DNA from: Candidatus Bathyarchaeota archaeon
Lineage (GTDB): Archaea > Thermoproteota > CALKCG01 > B24 > DRYS01
Assembly (NCBI GenBank): GCA_025058595.1
Contig: JANXEK010000001.1
Coordinates: 16,440-80,439 of the forward strand
Direction of reading: 5' to 3'
Length of the DNA stretch: 64,000 nt
Position 1 is the stretch's first letter; each line of letters starts with the position of its first letter. Under the pieces are notes generated by a model that was given only the letters and a program-made list of their open reading frames with translations, did not search any database and was not told the origin of the DNA. Of the stretch, positions 9,696 through 19,808 are shown piece after piece. Both the position numbers and the translations under genes were made by a program.

Positions 9696-10577
9696 CTAGG
9701 GCTGTACTCTAGCTAATACGTGGCTTAGTACCGCTCTCAGTCTTCGATTAACGTCTTCCGGTCTACCTAGACCGTTAATTATCATGGAGGATCCTATCAA
9801 ACCTTTTTCGATTAGGTTAAAATACATCCTACGAACTTCCTCTAAGTACCCTATATTTTGCTCGTATAAATCAGGTTTCTCAGCTCTACGGAGAACCTCT
9901 TCGACCGGTATATCTATCACTAGGGTCAATTTCGGTTGAGGAACGTTCCTTTCAAACCTTAGTATCCTATATGGATCTACACCTTTCGCAGCTTGGTAGG
10001 CTAGATTACTTTCAGTCCATCTCTTAGCTAGGATAGCTACCCTCTTACTCATAAGCCAGCTTGAAACCTTCACTACATACTGTCCTCTATCTAAACTCCA
10101 TAGGATCCAAGCTAGATTTTCATCTATCCTTCCGGCTAACGTTACCTTATAACCAATATCGCTCTTCCCTAGATATGCTCCTACGAGCGAACCTAGAAGG
10201 CTACCGTAGCTTGGTAGGCTTATAGCATATACGCGATATCCATAACTTTTCAGTAGACTCTGTATCGATACTACGCCCTCCAAGTTAGCTGGGTTGAAGC
10301 ATTGCGTCTCCTTACCAGATTTATCGATACCGGATACCGCTATGAATAGCCCCTCATACGCCTTCGGCTTCGGTGTAAGCAACCCCCTAACGGATACATA
10401 TATACGCCTACATAACGCCGGATGCAACCCTCTACAGATCTGCTTAAGCTCACCCATAACGTCGATCGTAAACGTATCGTATCTAGATACCAGCTGTTCT
10501 AAGCTCAGTAACATATCGTTAAGCTTAACGGCATCTATGTTCACATACATACACCTTAACCCATTTATAGGACACAT
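9696..10577 (-). CDS. thymidylate kinase-family protein with ~75 aa N-terminal extension
   Basis: P-loop SGIDKSGKETQ resembles Tmk GIDGSGKSTQ, and the LID/C-terminal region is Tmk-like. Confidence 0.55.
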   Translation of the reverse strand: MCPINGLRCMYVNIDAVKLNDMLLSLEQLVSRYDTFTIDVMGELKQICRGLHPALCRRIYVSVRGLLTPKPKAYEGLFIAVSGIDKSGKETQCFNPANLEGVVSIQSLLKSYGYRVYAISLPSYGSLLGSLVGAYLGKSDIGYKVTLAGRIDENLAWILWSLDRGQYVVKVSSWLMSKRVAILAKRWTESNLAYQAAKGVDPYRILRFERNVPQPKLTLVIDIPVEEVLRRAEKPDLYEQNIGYLEEVRRMYFNLIEKGLIGSSMIINGLGRPEDVNRRLRAVLSHVLARVQP

Positions 10578-10625
10578 ATTTAGATGACTATATTAGGTTG
10601 AGATATAGTGCCAGGTGTTTAAATC

Positions 10626-11897
10626 TTGCACAACCGATACTGGGGTTTCATAAAAGATCCTATCTACGGATACATAAAGGTTACGGAGCTCGAGAAAGAT
10701 GTTATAGATCAGGAAGCTTTCCAGAGACTTAGACGTATTAAACAGCTATGCGGAGCAGAGTATGTATACCCCGCCGCCAACCATAGTAGGTTCGAGCATT
10801 CGCTGGGTGTGATGCATCTCGCAGGTTTAGCAGCTCAAAATCTACCCATACAGCTTTCGGAGGATGATATAGCCAAGCTTAGACTAGCAGGTTTACTGCA
10901 TGATGTAGGTCACGGTCCATTTTCTCATGTATTCGAACCTCTGCTGTATAGGTTTCTAGGTAAAACTCATGAGGATATGACCGTAGAGATCGTTAAGGGT
11001 TCGTCGATAGCCGATGTTATAGAGGATCACGGATTCGACTCGAAGGAGATGAGTCTACTTGCCATAGGTAGATGCAGCAAACTTCCGACTTATATGAATC
11101 AAGTTATCCATGGGACGGTAGATGTTGATAAGCTGGATTTTCTCGTAAGGGATTCCTACCATACAGGCGCTGGATATGGATCTATAGACATCTACAGACT
11201 GATATACACGTTCGGAGTGATCGACGATGAGCTTGCCGTGGATTATACCGCTCTACCTACACTCGAATCATTCCTACTAGCTCGCATCCAATCCTTCAGG
11301 ACGATATACTATCACAAGGTATCTAGAGCTGTCCAGATAATGCTAGGTAAAGCTATAGAGTTAGCTGCAGAGGATGTGAAGGCTCCATTCTTCAAAAATA
11401 TAGAAGAGTATATAGCTTTAGACGACTATGTTATGTGGTCCGTCTTACTGGAGCATGAGGATGCTTCGAAGATCGTTAAAGATATAGCATCCCGTAGGCT
11501 TTTGAAATGCGCCTATGAACGACTATATTTCATAGAGGATAGGCTCCTCGTCTCCCTTCTAGCTAACGAGTCGGTTAGGAGGAGAATCGAATCGGAGATA
11601 GCATCTATAGCGGGTTTAGAGCAATCTATGGTATTCGTGGATGCTCCATCCCTTCCATCGGTACCGTACGCTCGTACGATGGAGATGGAAGCCTATCAAA
11701 TCCCGGTATTCAGAATAGGATTGGATGGAACTATAAACAGGTATAAACTAGCTGAAGCTTCACAACTAGTTTCATTGTTTAAATCCTTCATGAATATAGT
11801 CAGGGTGTATACGTATAGAGAGTTTAGGGATCGAGTATATGAAGCGTCGAGAAAAGTTTTAGGAAGCCCTACACTCTCCGAGCTTATCTCATACTAA
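10626..11897 (+). CDS. HD-domain phosphohydrolase (archaeal dNTP triphosphohydrolase-like, COG1078-type)
   Basis: Metal-binding motifs HSRFEHSLGV ... LLHDVGHGPFSH are present; length is ~420 aa. Confidence 0.75.
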   Translation: MHNRYWGFIKDPIYGYIKVTELEKDVIDQEAFQRLRRIKQLCGAEYVYPAANHSRFEHSLGVMHLAGLAAQNLPIQLSEDDIAKLRLAGLLHDVGHGPFSHVFEPLLYRFLGKTHEDMTVEIVKGSSIADVIEDHGFDSKEMSLLAIGRCSKLPTYMNQVIHGTVDVDKLDFLVRDSYHTGAGYGSIDIYRLIYTFGVIDDELAVDYTALPTLESFLLARIQSFRTIYYHKVSRAVQIMLGKAIELAAEDVKAPFFKNIEEYIALDDYVMWSVLLEHEDASKIVKDIASRRLLKCAYERLYFIEDRLLVSLLANESVRRRIESEIASIAGLEQSMVFVDAPSLPSVPYARTMEMEAYQIPVFRIGLDGTINRYKLAEASQLVSLFKSFMNIVRVYTYREFRDRVYEASRKVLGSPTLSELISY

Positions 11898-12201
11898 CCC
11901 TATCGAGAAGCTTCAAGAATGCGTCGAAAACTTGTAGATCGCTTACATCTCCAGATATGTTCACCGAGAGTAATACAGGTATCTTAAACTTGTAAGCTAG
12001 GTGGGATGCCATAGATTTTGCGAGCATAACGCTTCTACCTCCGAGAATCACGGATGATAGCCCTATATCGGTAGCTATGGCTATAGTTCCAAGCTTAGGA
12101 TCACCTTCGCTGAATACGACTACGATGAAATTCTCAAGTTTGAGATGGATCATCGTATACCTTCGACCATAAATCTCTACGGATTCCTCTATACAATCCA
12201 T
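11884..12201 (-). CDS. hypothetical small protein (105 aa)
   Basis: An ORF convergent with the HD gene and overlapping it by 14 nt. No family was recognised. Confidence 0.3.
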   Translation of the reverse strand: MDCIEESVEIYGRRYTMIHLKLENFIVVVFSEGDPKLGTIAIATDIGLSSVILGGRSVMLAKSMASHLAYKFKIPVLLSVNISGDVSDLQVFDAFLKLLDRVSMR

Positions 12202-12279
12202 CCTATCGAACCTCTAAGTTATCGTTATATAGCGATTTGAAGCTTTATATACTTTGCATCGACGAATCATAGTTAACGT

Positions 12280-14571
12280 ATGTCTTCTCAACCTTCGTCC
12301 AGACCTTTATATCTAGATTCAAATCTACCAGTCGAACTTAGAGTTAGAGATCTACTATCCAGGATGACGTTGGAGGAGAAGGTTGCCCAGCTATCGTCGA
12401 TAGAGATCTCTAAACTACTCGATGGGAGAAGATTCTCTGTAGATAAGGCTAGGGAGTTGATCGGGCATGGTATCGGGCAGATAACTAGGGTTTCAGGTAG
12501 TAGGATAGGTTTAACACCTAGGGAGGCTGCTGAAGTAGCGAATGCTATACAGAAGTTTCTCAGAGAGGAGACTAGGCTCGGTATACCGGCTATAGTGCAT
12601 GAAGAATGCCTTGCAGGGTTTATGGCTGTTAACGCTACAAGCTTCCCGCAAGCTATAAACCTTGCTAGTACCTGGAATCCTCAACTCGTAGAGGGGGTAG
12701 CCGGAGTTATACGTATTCAGATGAGGGCTGTAGGAGCTCATCAAGGTTTAGCTCCTGTACTGGATATAGCTAGGGATCCTAGATGGGGTAGGACGGAGGA
12801 AACCTACGGCGAGGACCCATATCTAGTCGCATGTATGGGGGTAGCCTACATACGCGGACTACAGAATTCTGATCTCAGATACGGGGTCGTAGCTACACCT
12901 AAACACTTCGTAGCTCATGGGATACCTGAGGGGGGGAGAAACTGTGCTCCGGTACACGTCTCTCCTAGAGAGTTACGGGAGATCTTCATGTTTCCGTTTG
13001 AGGCTGCCGTTAAGGAGGCTGGGGCATTATCCCTCATGAACGCATACCACGATATAGATGGTGTACCATGTGCAGCTTCACGAGAATTACTTACAAACGT
13101 ACTTAGAGGTGAATGGGGATTCCAGGGGTATGTTGTATCAGATTACGGAGCTATAAGGATGCTTAAAACGTTCCATCTGATAGCTTTAGATGAGATGGAT
13201 GCTGCTATCCAAGCGTTAGAAGCTGGGATAGATGTAGAGCTCCCAGATAGATTATGCTACGGAGAACCGTTATTACAGGCTGTACGTGAAGGTTTCATAT
13301 CCGAGGAGTTGATAGATACAGCGGTTTCTAGGATTCTAAGGGCAAAAATCCTTCTAGGACTCTTCGAGGATCCGTATGTAGACGTGGAGAAGGCTCCATC
13401 TCTATTCGATACGGAGGAGGATAGGATGCTAGCTCTTCAAGCAGCTAGAGAATCTATAATTCTGCTTAAAAACGACGGTATATTACCGATACCTAGCTCG
13501 GTTAAATCTATAGCCGTAGTGGGTCCGAACGCAGCTTCAACCAGATGCCTTCTAGGAGATTACAGTTACACCGTGCATACACGTATGGCAACCGATGCTG
13601 TACGGATAGTAAGCGTACTCGAAGGGTTGAGGAATAGGGCTCCATCTTCATGCGATATAGGTTATGCTATGGGATGCGATATATCGGGTGAATCTAAAGA
13701 TGGATTCGATGAAGCGGTAACTTTAGCTGAGAAATCTGATATAGTGGTAGCGGTTCTAGGCGAGGTTTCAGGACTCTTCGGTTCAGGTTTATCAGGTGAG
13801 GGAAACGATAGAGTAAGCCTCAAGCTTCCAGGTGTACAGGAGGAGTTCGTAGAGGCTCTACATCATACAGGTAAACCCTTAGTGTTAGTCCTGGTTAACG
13901 GTAGACCTCTCATACTCGATCGTATAGTCGATAAGTGTCAAGCTGTAATCGAAGCATGGTTCCCAGGAGAGGAGGGGGGAAACGCTATAGCAGATGTAAT
14001 CTTCGGACACTATAATCCTGCCGGTAGACTTCCGATATCCATACCGAGGGAGACAGGTCAGATACCTGTCTACTATTCTAGGAGGCCTTCATCGTTCAGA
14101 GGCTATGTATCTATGGATGCTAAACCTCTTTACCCATTTGGCTATGGTCTAAGCTACACTAATTTCGATTACAGAGACTTAGAGGTTTCGCCATCAAGGA
14201 TCCAACCTAACGGATATGTAGAGGTGAAGTTCAAAGTGGGGAATATAGGTACTCGTTCAGGTGATGAAGTAGTACAGTTGTACGTACATAAAGAGGTTTC
14301 CTCTGTAGCTAGACCTATCAAAGAGCTTAAAGGCTTCAAGCGGATTCCGATAGAGGTAAGCGAGACTAAAACCGTTAGATTCAAACTTTGGGCTGAACAG
14401 CTTGCATTCTACGATCGCCGTATGAAGTTAACCGTAGAGCCTGGGGTATACACGGTGATGGTGGGCAGCTCCTCTGAAGATATAAGGTTAACCGGAAAAT
14501 TCGAGATAATAGGATCGAGTAGGATATTAGAGTCTAGACGGATATTCTTCAGCCATGTAGACGTATACTGA
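12280..14571 (+). CDS. GH3-family beta-glucosidase / beta-xylosidase
   Basis: A 763 aa ORF with the GH3 catalytic-region motif GFQGYVVSDYGAI and a C-terminal fibronectin-like domain. Confidence 0.8.
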   Translation: MSSQPSSRPLYLDSNLPVELRVRDLLSRMTLEEKVAQLSSIEISKLLDGRRFSVDKARELIGHGIGQITRVSGSRIGLTPREAAEVANAIQKFLREETRLGIPAIVHEECLAGFMAVNATSFPQAINLASTWNPQLVEGVAGVIRIQMRAVGAHQGLAPVLDIARDPRWGRTEETYGEDPYLVACMGVAYIRGLQNSDLRYGVVATPKHFVAHGIPEGGRNCAPVHVSPRELREIFMFPFEAAVKEAGALSLMNAYHDIDGVPCAASRELLTNVLRGEWGFQGYVVSDYGAIRMLKTFHLIALDEMDAAIQALEAGIDVELPDRLCYGEPLLQAVREGFISEELIDTAVSRILRAKILLGLFEDPYVDVEKAPSLFDTEEDRMLALQAARESIILLKNDGILPIPSSVKSIAVVGPNAASTRCLLGDYSYTVHTRMATDAVRIVSVLEGLRNRAPSSCDIGYAMGCDISGESKDGFDEAVTLAEKSDIVVAVLGEVSGLFGSGLSGEGNDRVSLKLPGVQEEFVEALHHTGKPLVLVLVNGRPLILDRIVDKCQAVIEAWFPGEEGGNAIADVIFGHYNPAGRLPISIPRETGQIPVYYSRRPSSFRGYVSMDAKPLYPFGYGLSYTNFDYRDLEVSPSRIQPNGYVEVKFKVGNIGTRSGDEVVQLYVHKEVSSVARPIKELKGFKRIPIEVSETKTVRFKLWAEQLAFYDRRMKLTVEPGVYTVMVGSSSEDIRLTGKFEIIGSSRILESRRIFFSHVDVY

Positions 14572-14701
14572 GAGGATAGTCTTCCATCTAGAATTTATAC
14601 CTTTCACGATATCCGGCTCCGATTCTAGGAGAATTTTCTAATATCGATGTAGTTCTACAAGCTTAAGATCTGCGCAATGTATAGGATTACAAGAACTTAC
14701 C

Positions 14702-16741
14702 ATGAATATACCTAGACTGCTAGTCGTACTACTAATCCTATTGTATGCTAGCTACCCGCATATATCTGGATCACCCTACCATTATATACCTAGTAGCTTA
14801 GAGCATACAGTAGGGAATTTAACGCTTAGATTCTATCCAGATGAGACGATAGGTGTTAGACTTAGAGCTGAGGGTATCCGGTTAGAGGTAGAGGGGTTAA
14901 GTGGTTTAAGACTTAGGATCAGATCAGAGGCCAAGGAGGATTACTATAGGTATATACTCAACGCTTCGCTCCTATCCTCCAAGACCTATGAAGATACTGC
15001 AAACTATTCGTTCAACTCAAACTGGATATTCGAGGGGGGTAGAGATGAGGTTAGATTTTCATTCGATATATCCATATCAAGGATTAACAGGGTTAACATC
15101 ACATCCACGAGTATAGGTAGATATGTAAAGGTTACGCGTTTCTTCGAAAACCTATCCAACATAACTGTATCGTTAAGCTATACCTCGATCGGATTCAACC
15201 AAACTATGGTGGAAGGGTTCATAAGAATCTTACCGGCCGTAGCAAACCTTTACGAAGCTCTCATAAGCGTATCTTCGAGAGGGGAGCTATCGCTGAAACT
15301 ACGATTCGAACGTTACAACATAGAAGCCGATAGATGTATTCTCCACTTCTCATCCAGATTCTCAGGTAGCCTAACAGGGTTTAGGAGGCTCCTCGAATCG
15401 GGTAGAGAATTTCCTCTACTAGGCGATATCTTAGAGACTTACAAACTTCCGGTCTGGGGTATTATTTCGAGGTTATGCTTCGATGCGATAGATAGAGCAT
15501 CTGAATTAAGGTGTGCATGGATGAGGAGAGGAGTAATCCATTATAGAGGGGGGGATGGCTTGATAGACGTTTCAGGTATCTTCGAAGTATCTGGAGATGT
15601 GGATAGACATATCACAGAAATCCTATGGGCTGTATCTGATTCGATCGAGGATATACAGGGTTACCACATCCTAGCGGAGATCCTGAAGTATCCTACGAAG
15701 ATATCTGTTAGAGACTTAGATACGAGTCTCAAGTTAGAAAACGGTAGCTTGAATATATACGTTTCTGGTGTGAAGCTTATAGATGTAGATGCGTATAATC
15801 TGCTAAGGATGCTTTCATATCTTTCCCGTAGGATACCTATGAGCGGATTCACGCTATCTCTGGAAGGCTCTTCGAACACTACGACGGTCGTTGAGTTATC
15901 GATGCCAAATATACCTGAAGGTATAGGTAAACCTATGAAGATAGAGGGGAGGCATAGGATCGTATGGGTATTTGATAATATAGAATCCATAGATAAGGTG
16001 GAGCTACATCGTGTTAGAAATTTAGTCGGTATATCGGATCTAACATATTACGAATACCGATACCAATTTGACGGTAAGCTATACGTCTTGAAGATCTATA
16101 CGAACTCCACCCTGATAGCAGACCCTATACTACTATCTAGTTCTCTAAAGCTGACGGTACGAAGCAGTATGGGATGTAACGAAGCGTTCAACATATCCAT
16201 ACCTGATAACTTGCTAGACGGTATCGTTGCATGTATATCGAATAACAGCATGTATATGAAGCCTATAGTATCTAAGTGTCCAGGTGAGTATTGGATCTAC
16301 TTATCCTATCCGCCTAGTATGAGATATCTGGAGATAGTATGGGGTGAACCAGAGTTTAGAATGGATGTAGATCGAGGTGAGGTAGCTATCGATGATGAAG
16401 TTAAGGTAATGGGGATGCTCTATATTCGTGGAGTAGGGTTGAAAGGGGAAAAAGTCACTTTGATCGTAGATGGAGAGCCTATAGCTGAAATCCCGGTTGC
16501 AGATGATGGGGCCTTCACTTATAGCTTCAAACCTGTTAAAGCCGGGGTTATGGATCTGTGGGTTCGCTACTCATCTCAAGGATTAACCTATGAGACAGAG
16601 AAAATCAGGATAACGGTATCTGAATACAGATTTCCATCTACGATCGCGATAGCTACGGCCATAGCTACTGTATCGTTAACAGCTATCTTCATCCTTCATA
16701 AGAGGAGGCTCTTCTACTTACCGTTCTTGAAGCGTTTCTAA
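14702..16741 (+). CDS. large secreted, C-terminally membrane-anchored surface protein with many N-glycosylation sequons
   Basis: N-terminal signal peptide (LLVVLLILLYASY), numerous N-x-S/T sites, and a C-terminal TM helix followed by the basic tail HKRRLF. Confidence 0.5.
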   Translation: MNIPRLLVVLLILLYASYPHISGSPYHYIPSSLEHTVGNLTLRFYPDETIGVRLRAEGIRLEVEGLSGLRLRIRSEAKEDYYRYILNASLLSSKTYEDTANYSFNSNWIFEGGRDEVRFSFDISISRINRVNITSTSIGRYVKVTRFFENLSNITVSLSYTSIGFNQTMVEGFIRILPAVANLYEALISVSSRGELSLKLRFERYNIEADRCILHFSSRFSGSLTGFRRLLESGREFPLLGDILETYKLPVWGIISRLCFDAIDRASELRCAWMRRGVIHYRGGDGLIDVSGIFEVSGDVDRHITEILWAVSDSIEDIQGYHILAEILKYPTKISVRDLDTSLKLENGSLNIYVSGVKLIDVDAYNLLRMLSYLSRRIPMSGFTLSLEGSSNTTTVVELSMPNIPEGIGKPMKIEGRHRIVWVFDNIESIDKVELHRVRNLVGISDLTYYEYRYQFDGKLYVLKIYTNSTLIADPILLSSSLKLTVRSSMGCNEAFNISIPDNLLDGIVACISNNSMYMKPIVSKCPGEYWIYLSYPPSMRYLEIVWGEPEFRMDVDRGEVAIDDEVKVMGMLYIRGVGLKGEKVTLIVDGEPIAEIPVADDGAFTYSFKPVKAGVMDLWVRYSSQGLTYETEKIRITVSEYRFPSTIAIATAIATVSLTAIFILHKRRLFYLPFLKRF

Positions 16742-16817
16742 GCTTTGCGACGTAGTCCCTGGTTAAACCTAGCTATGGATAAACCTGACACGACTATTAG
16801 GCTATTTTACTTAGTGT

Positions 16818-17846
16818 ATGGTGGTTAACAGTTTATATCATCCTAAACGTTCATCTGTCTATCGGGTTATGAGCTTATCTACCAGAGAATTCGAGCTTTG
16901 GGTTGAGAAGTATCGACCCAAAACACTCGATGAGATAGTCGATCAGAAAGAGATAGTCGAGAGACTTAGAAAGTTTGTAGAGACGAAAACTATGCCTCAC
17001 TGTCTCTTCGCAGGTCCGCCTGGTACCGGTAAAACCACCGCTGCTCATTGCTTGGCACACGATCTCTTCGGCGAAGACTACCGTGAAAGCTTTCTCGAGC
17101 TTAACGCTTCAGATGAGCGCGGTATAGATGTCATAAGGACTACCGTTAAGAATTTCGCTAGGTCCGCTACGCTTACAGACGTACCTTTCAAGATACTCGT
17201 ATTGGATGAAGCAGATAATCTTACAGCCGATGCTCAGCAAGCTTTGAGGAGAACTATGGAGAAGTATACGGATACCTGCCGCTTCATACTCAGCTGTAAT
17301 TATAGTAACAGGATAATAGAACCCATACAGTCTAGAACAGCTATATTCAGGTTTACACCGTTACCACCAGAAGACACCTACATATACCTTAAACGTATAT
17401 GCGATGCTGAAGGTGTGAAGCTCACCGAGGATGGAGCACGAGCTATATACGAAGTAGCTGAGGGTGATCTTAGGAAAGCCGTTAATACGCTTCAAGCTGC
17501 AGCTTCCCTAGGTAAACCTATAATCGCAGATGTGGTTTACGACGTAGTAGGATGGGTTCATCCGAAAGAGGTTGCGGAGATGATGGACTACGCACTTAAA
17601 GGTGACTTCTCTAAGAGTAGATCCTCTCTAAGGATGCTTCTATATCAGAGGGGTTACGCCGGCAGCGATATAATTAAGAGGATGCATTCCAGGATATTCG
17701 AGTTAGATGTGAGCGAGAAGCAGAAGATCGAGTTGATAAACTATCTAGGTGAGATAGATTTCAGGGTAGCTCAAGGAGCCGATGAGGAGGTTCAGATTTC
17801 AGCATTCTTAGCAAGACTGGCGTTAGTCGGTAGGGGTTTGGGTTGA
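16818..17846 (+). CDS. rfcS: replication factor C small subunit
   Basis: Walker A GPPGTGKTT, DEAD-like LDEAD, and the SRC motif (SRTAIFRF-type). Confidence 0.9.
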   Translation: MVVNSLYHPKRSSVYRVMSLSTREFELWVEKYRPKTLDEIVDQKEIVERLRKFVETKTMPHCLFAGPPGTGKTTAAHCLAHDLFGEDYRESFLELNASDERGIDVIRTTVKNFARSATLTDVPFKILVLDEADNLTADAQQALRRTMEKYTDTCRFILSCNYSNRIIEPIQSRTAIFRFTPLPPEDTYIYLKRICDAEGVKLTEDGARAIYEVAEGDLRKAVNTLQAAASLGKPIIADVVYDVVGWVHPKEVAEMMDYALKGDFSKSRSSLRMLLYQRGYAGSDIIKRMHSRIFELDVSEKQKIELINYLGEIDFRVAQGADEEVQISAFLARLALVGRGLG

Positions 17847-19120
17847 GTATACCTTGGATAGTAAAGTATCGTCCGAAGAGGGTGGAGGAGGTTGTAGGTA
17901 ACGATGACTCTAAGAAGAAGTTTATCGAATGGATAGAAAGCTGGGTGAAAGGTGAGCCGATACGTAAGGCAGCCCTCCTGTATGGCCCGGCTGGGGTAGG
18001 TAAGACTAGCCTCGTAGAAGCTGTAGCGAAAACATACGGCTATGATCTGGTCGAACTGAACGCAAGCGATCAGAGAAGCGAAACTATCATAAAACGTATC
18101 GTAGGTATAGCGGCATCTCAAGGCACCTTAACGGGTTCTGCGACTAGACGTATAATACTGCTGGATGAGGTAGATGGTATGAGCGAAGAAGATAGAGGTG
18201 GTTTAAAGGCGATAGTAGAGGTTTTAGAGAGGACTCGCCAACCGATAGTCTTAACGGCTAACGATGCATGGGATCCTAAACTCACGCCTTTAAGATCCGT
18301 ATGTCTCATGATAGAGTTTAAGAGGCTTAAACAATGGGAGGTTGTTAAGAAGCTTAGAGATATCTGTCTAAAGGAGGGTATAGAGGCGGATAGGGAGGCT
18401 CTAGAATTCATAGCTAAGAGGTCTGAGGGGGATTTGAGATCGGCTATAAACGATCTGCAAATCGTAGCACAGGGTAGGATGAAGATAACTATAGAAGATG
18501 TAGGATGGCTTCCATATAGAAATCGTATCGAGCCGATATTCGATGTACTATCGATTATATTCAACGCTAAGACTATCTCAACCGCTAGACGCGCCCTCTC
18601 CCTCATAGATATAGATCCAGATATGATGTTCGAGTGGATATACGAGAATCTACCTTCACAGCTTACAGATCCTAAAGATCTAGCTGTAGCTATGGAGAAT
18701 CTAGCTAAGGCAGATCTGATCAGATCGAGGGTTAAACTATTTCAGAGATGGGATCTACTAGCTTTCGCGACCGAAATCATGAGCGGAGGAGTAGCCGTAG
18801 CTAGAGAAGCTACTAAACCTAGATGGACGCCATTCCACTTCCCAGAAAGGATAAAATTCCTCTCATCTATTAAGGAGGAGAGGGGGGTGATGGATTCTAT
18901 AGCTTCCAAGATAGCTTCTAGATGCTTAACATCTAAGAGGACAGTTATATCCGATGTAATCCCATACATACTGTTCATGCTTATGAATAACCCGGATTAC
19001 GGCGTCAAACTTCTAAGAAACTATGATCTAACAAGTTCTGAGATAGAGTTTCTGAAGGGGAAAGTTGGGGTGGGAGTGGTTGAAGCTCCTCGTAAGCGTG
19101 GTAGATCGGCGGGAGGCTAG
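17843..19120 (+). CDS. rfcL: replication factor C large subunit
   Basis: GPAGVGKTS P-loop and a TTG start overlapping the rfcS stop; length is ~425 aa. Confidence 0.85.
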   Translation: MSIPWIVKYRPKRVEEVVGNDDSKKKFIEWIESWVKGEPIRKAALLYGPAGVGKTSLVEAVAKTYGYDLVELNASDQRSETIIKRIVGIAASQGTLTGSATRRIILLDEVDGMSEEDRGGLKAIVEVLERTRQPIVLTANDAWDPKLTPLRSVCLMIEFKRLKQWEVVKKLRDICLKEGIEADREALEFIAKRSEGDLRSAINDLQIVAQGRMKITIEDVGWLPYRNRIEPIFDVLSIIFNAKTISTARRALSLIDIDPDMMFEWIYENLPSQLTDPKDLAVAMENLAKADLIRSRVKLFQRWDLLAFATEIMSGGVAVAREATKPRWTPFHFPERIKFLSSIKEERGVMDSIASKIASRCLTSKRTVISDVIPYILFMLMNNPDYGVKLLRNYDLTSSEIEFLKGKVGVGVVEAPRKRGRSAGG

Positions 19121-19808
19121 GATCGCTTCGAAGCTCGGCGTCGATATAGTAGATGTTAAGAATCCTAGAGAGGGGGCTCTAGGTGCAAGCCCACCTAGGG
19201 TGATAAGGGATATTAAGATGATGATCCCTAGAGGTATAGAGGTTAGCGCTACTATAGGGGATCTACCAAACTTACCCGGTATGGCTTCTCTAGCCGCTCG
19301 CGGCGCTGCTACGCTGGGCGTAGATTATGTTAAAGCAGGTTTATACGGTGTATCGAGGGTTAGAGATGGGTTGAAGCTTGCACGTGAGGTATGTATGGCT
19401 GTGAAGGAGGTTTCACCAGATGTTAAAGTAGTCTTGGTAGGCTATGCAGATTATTATAGGATAGGATCGATAGAGCCTATGAAGATCGTCGAGCTTGCGG
19501 TTAAGGTGGGAGCGGATGGCGTGATGATAGATGTGAAATCTAAAGGTGAAAGTAATGTATTCGACCACCTAGATCTGGGTTATCTCAGCATGCTCGTAGA
19601 TAAAGCTTCATCCAACGGTCTGATCAAAGCTTTAGCTGGAGGTTTAACGTTGGATGATATCGATACGGCGTATAGGCTAGGTTTCGATGTAGTAGGTGTG
19701 AGGAGGGCTGCGTGTAACGTAAGGAATTGGGTTAGAAGCCGTCTGGATGAAGGGAGGCTCTCGACGCTCATCGAAAAGGTTAGATACCTTAACAGTATCG
19801 CTACGTAG
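19065..19808 (+). CDS. MfnB-like (DUF556 / 4-(hydroxymethyl)-2-furancarboxaldehyde-phosphate synthase family) TIM-barrel protein
   Basis: LLVSVVDRREARIASKLGVDIVDVKNPREGALGASPP aligns with the MfnB N-terminus (LLVSP ... [20 protein letters not shown]), and later motifs VGYADAYR-like and GVRRAACNV follow. The TTG start overlaps the rfcL 3' end; the true start is probably the TTG near 19080. Confidence 0.55.
   Translation: MGWEWLKLLVSVVDRREARIASKLGVDIVDVKNPREGALGASPPRVIRDIKMMIPRGIEVSATIGDLPNLPGMASLAARGAATLGVDYVKAGLYGVSRVRDGLKLAREVCMAVKEVSPDVKVVLVGYADYYRIGSIEPMKIVELAVKVGADGVMIDVKSKGESNVFDHLDLGYLSMLVDKASSNGLIKALAGGLTLDDIDTAYRLGFDVVGVRRAACNVRNWVRSRLDEGRLSTLIEKVRYLNSIAT

Noticed and set aside
11884-12201. 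Assigning the 105 aa ORF to a PAC3/roadblock-type family
   Set aside because: No convincing motif was found, so it is left as hypothetical.
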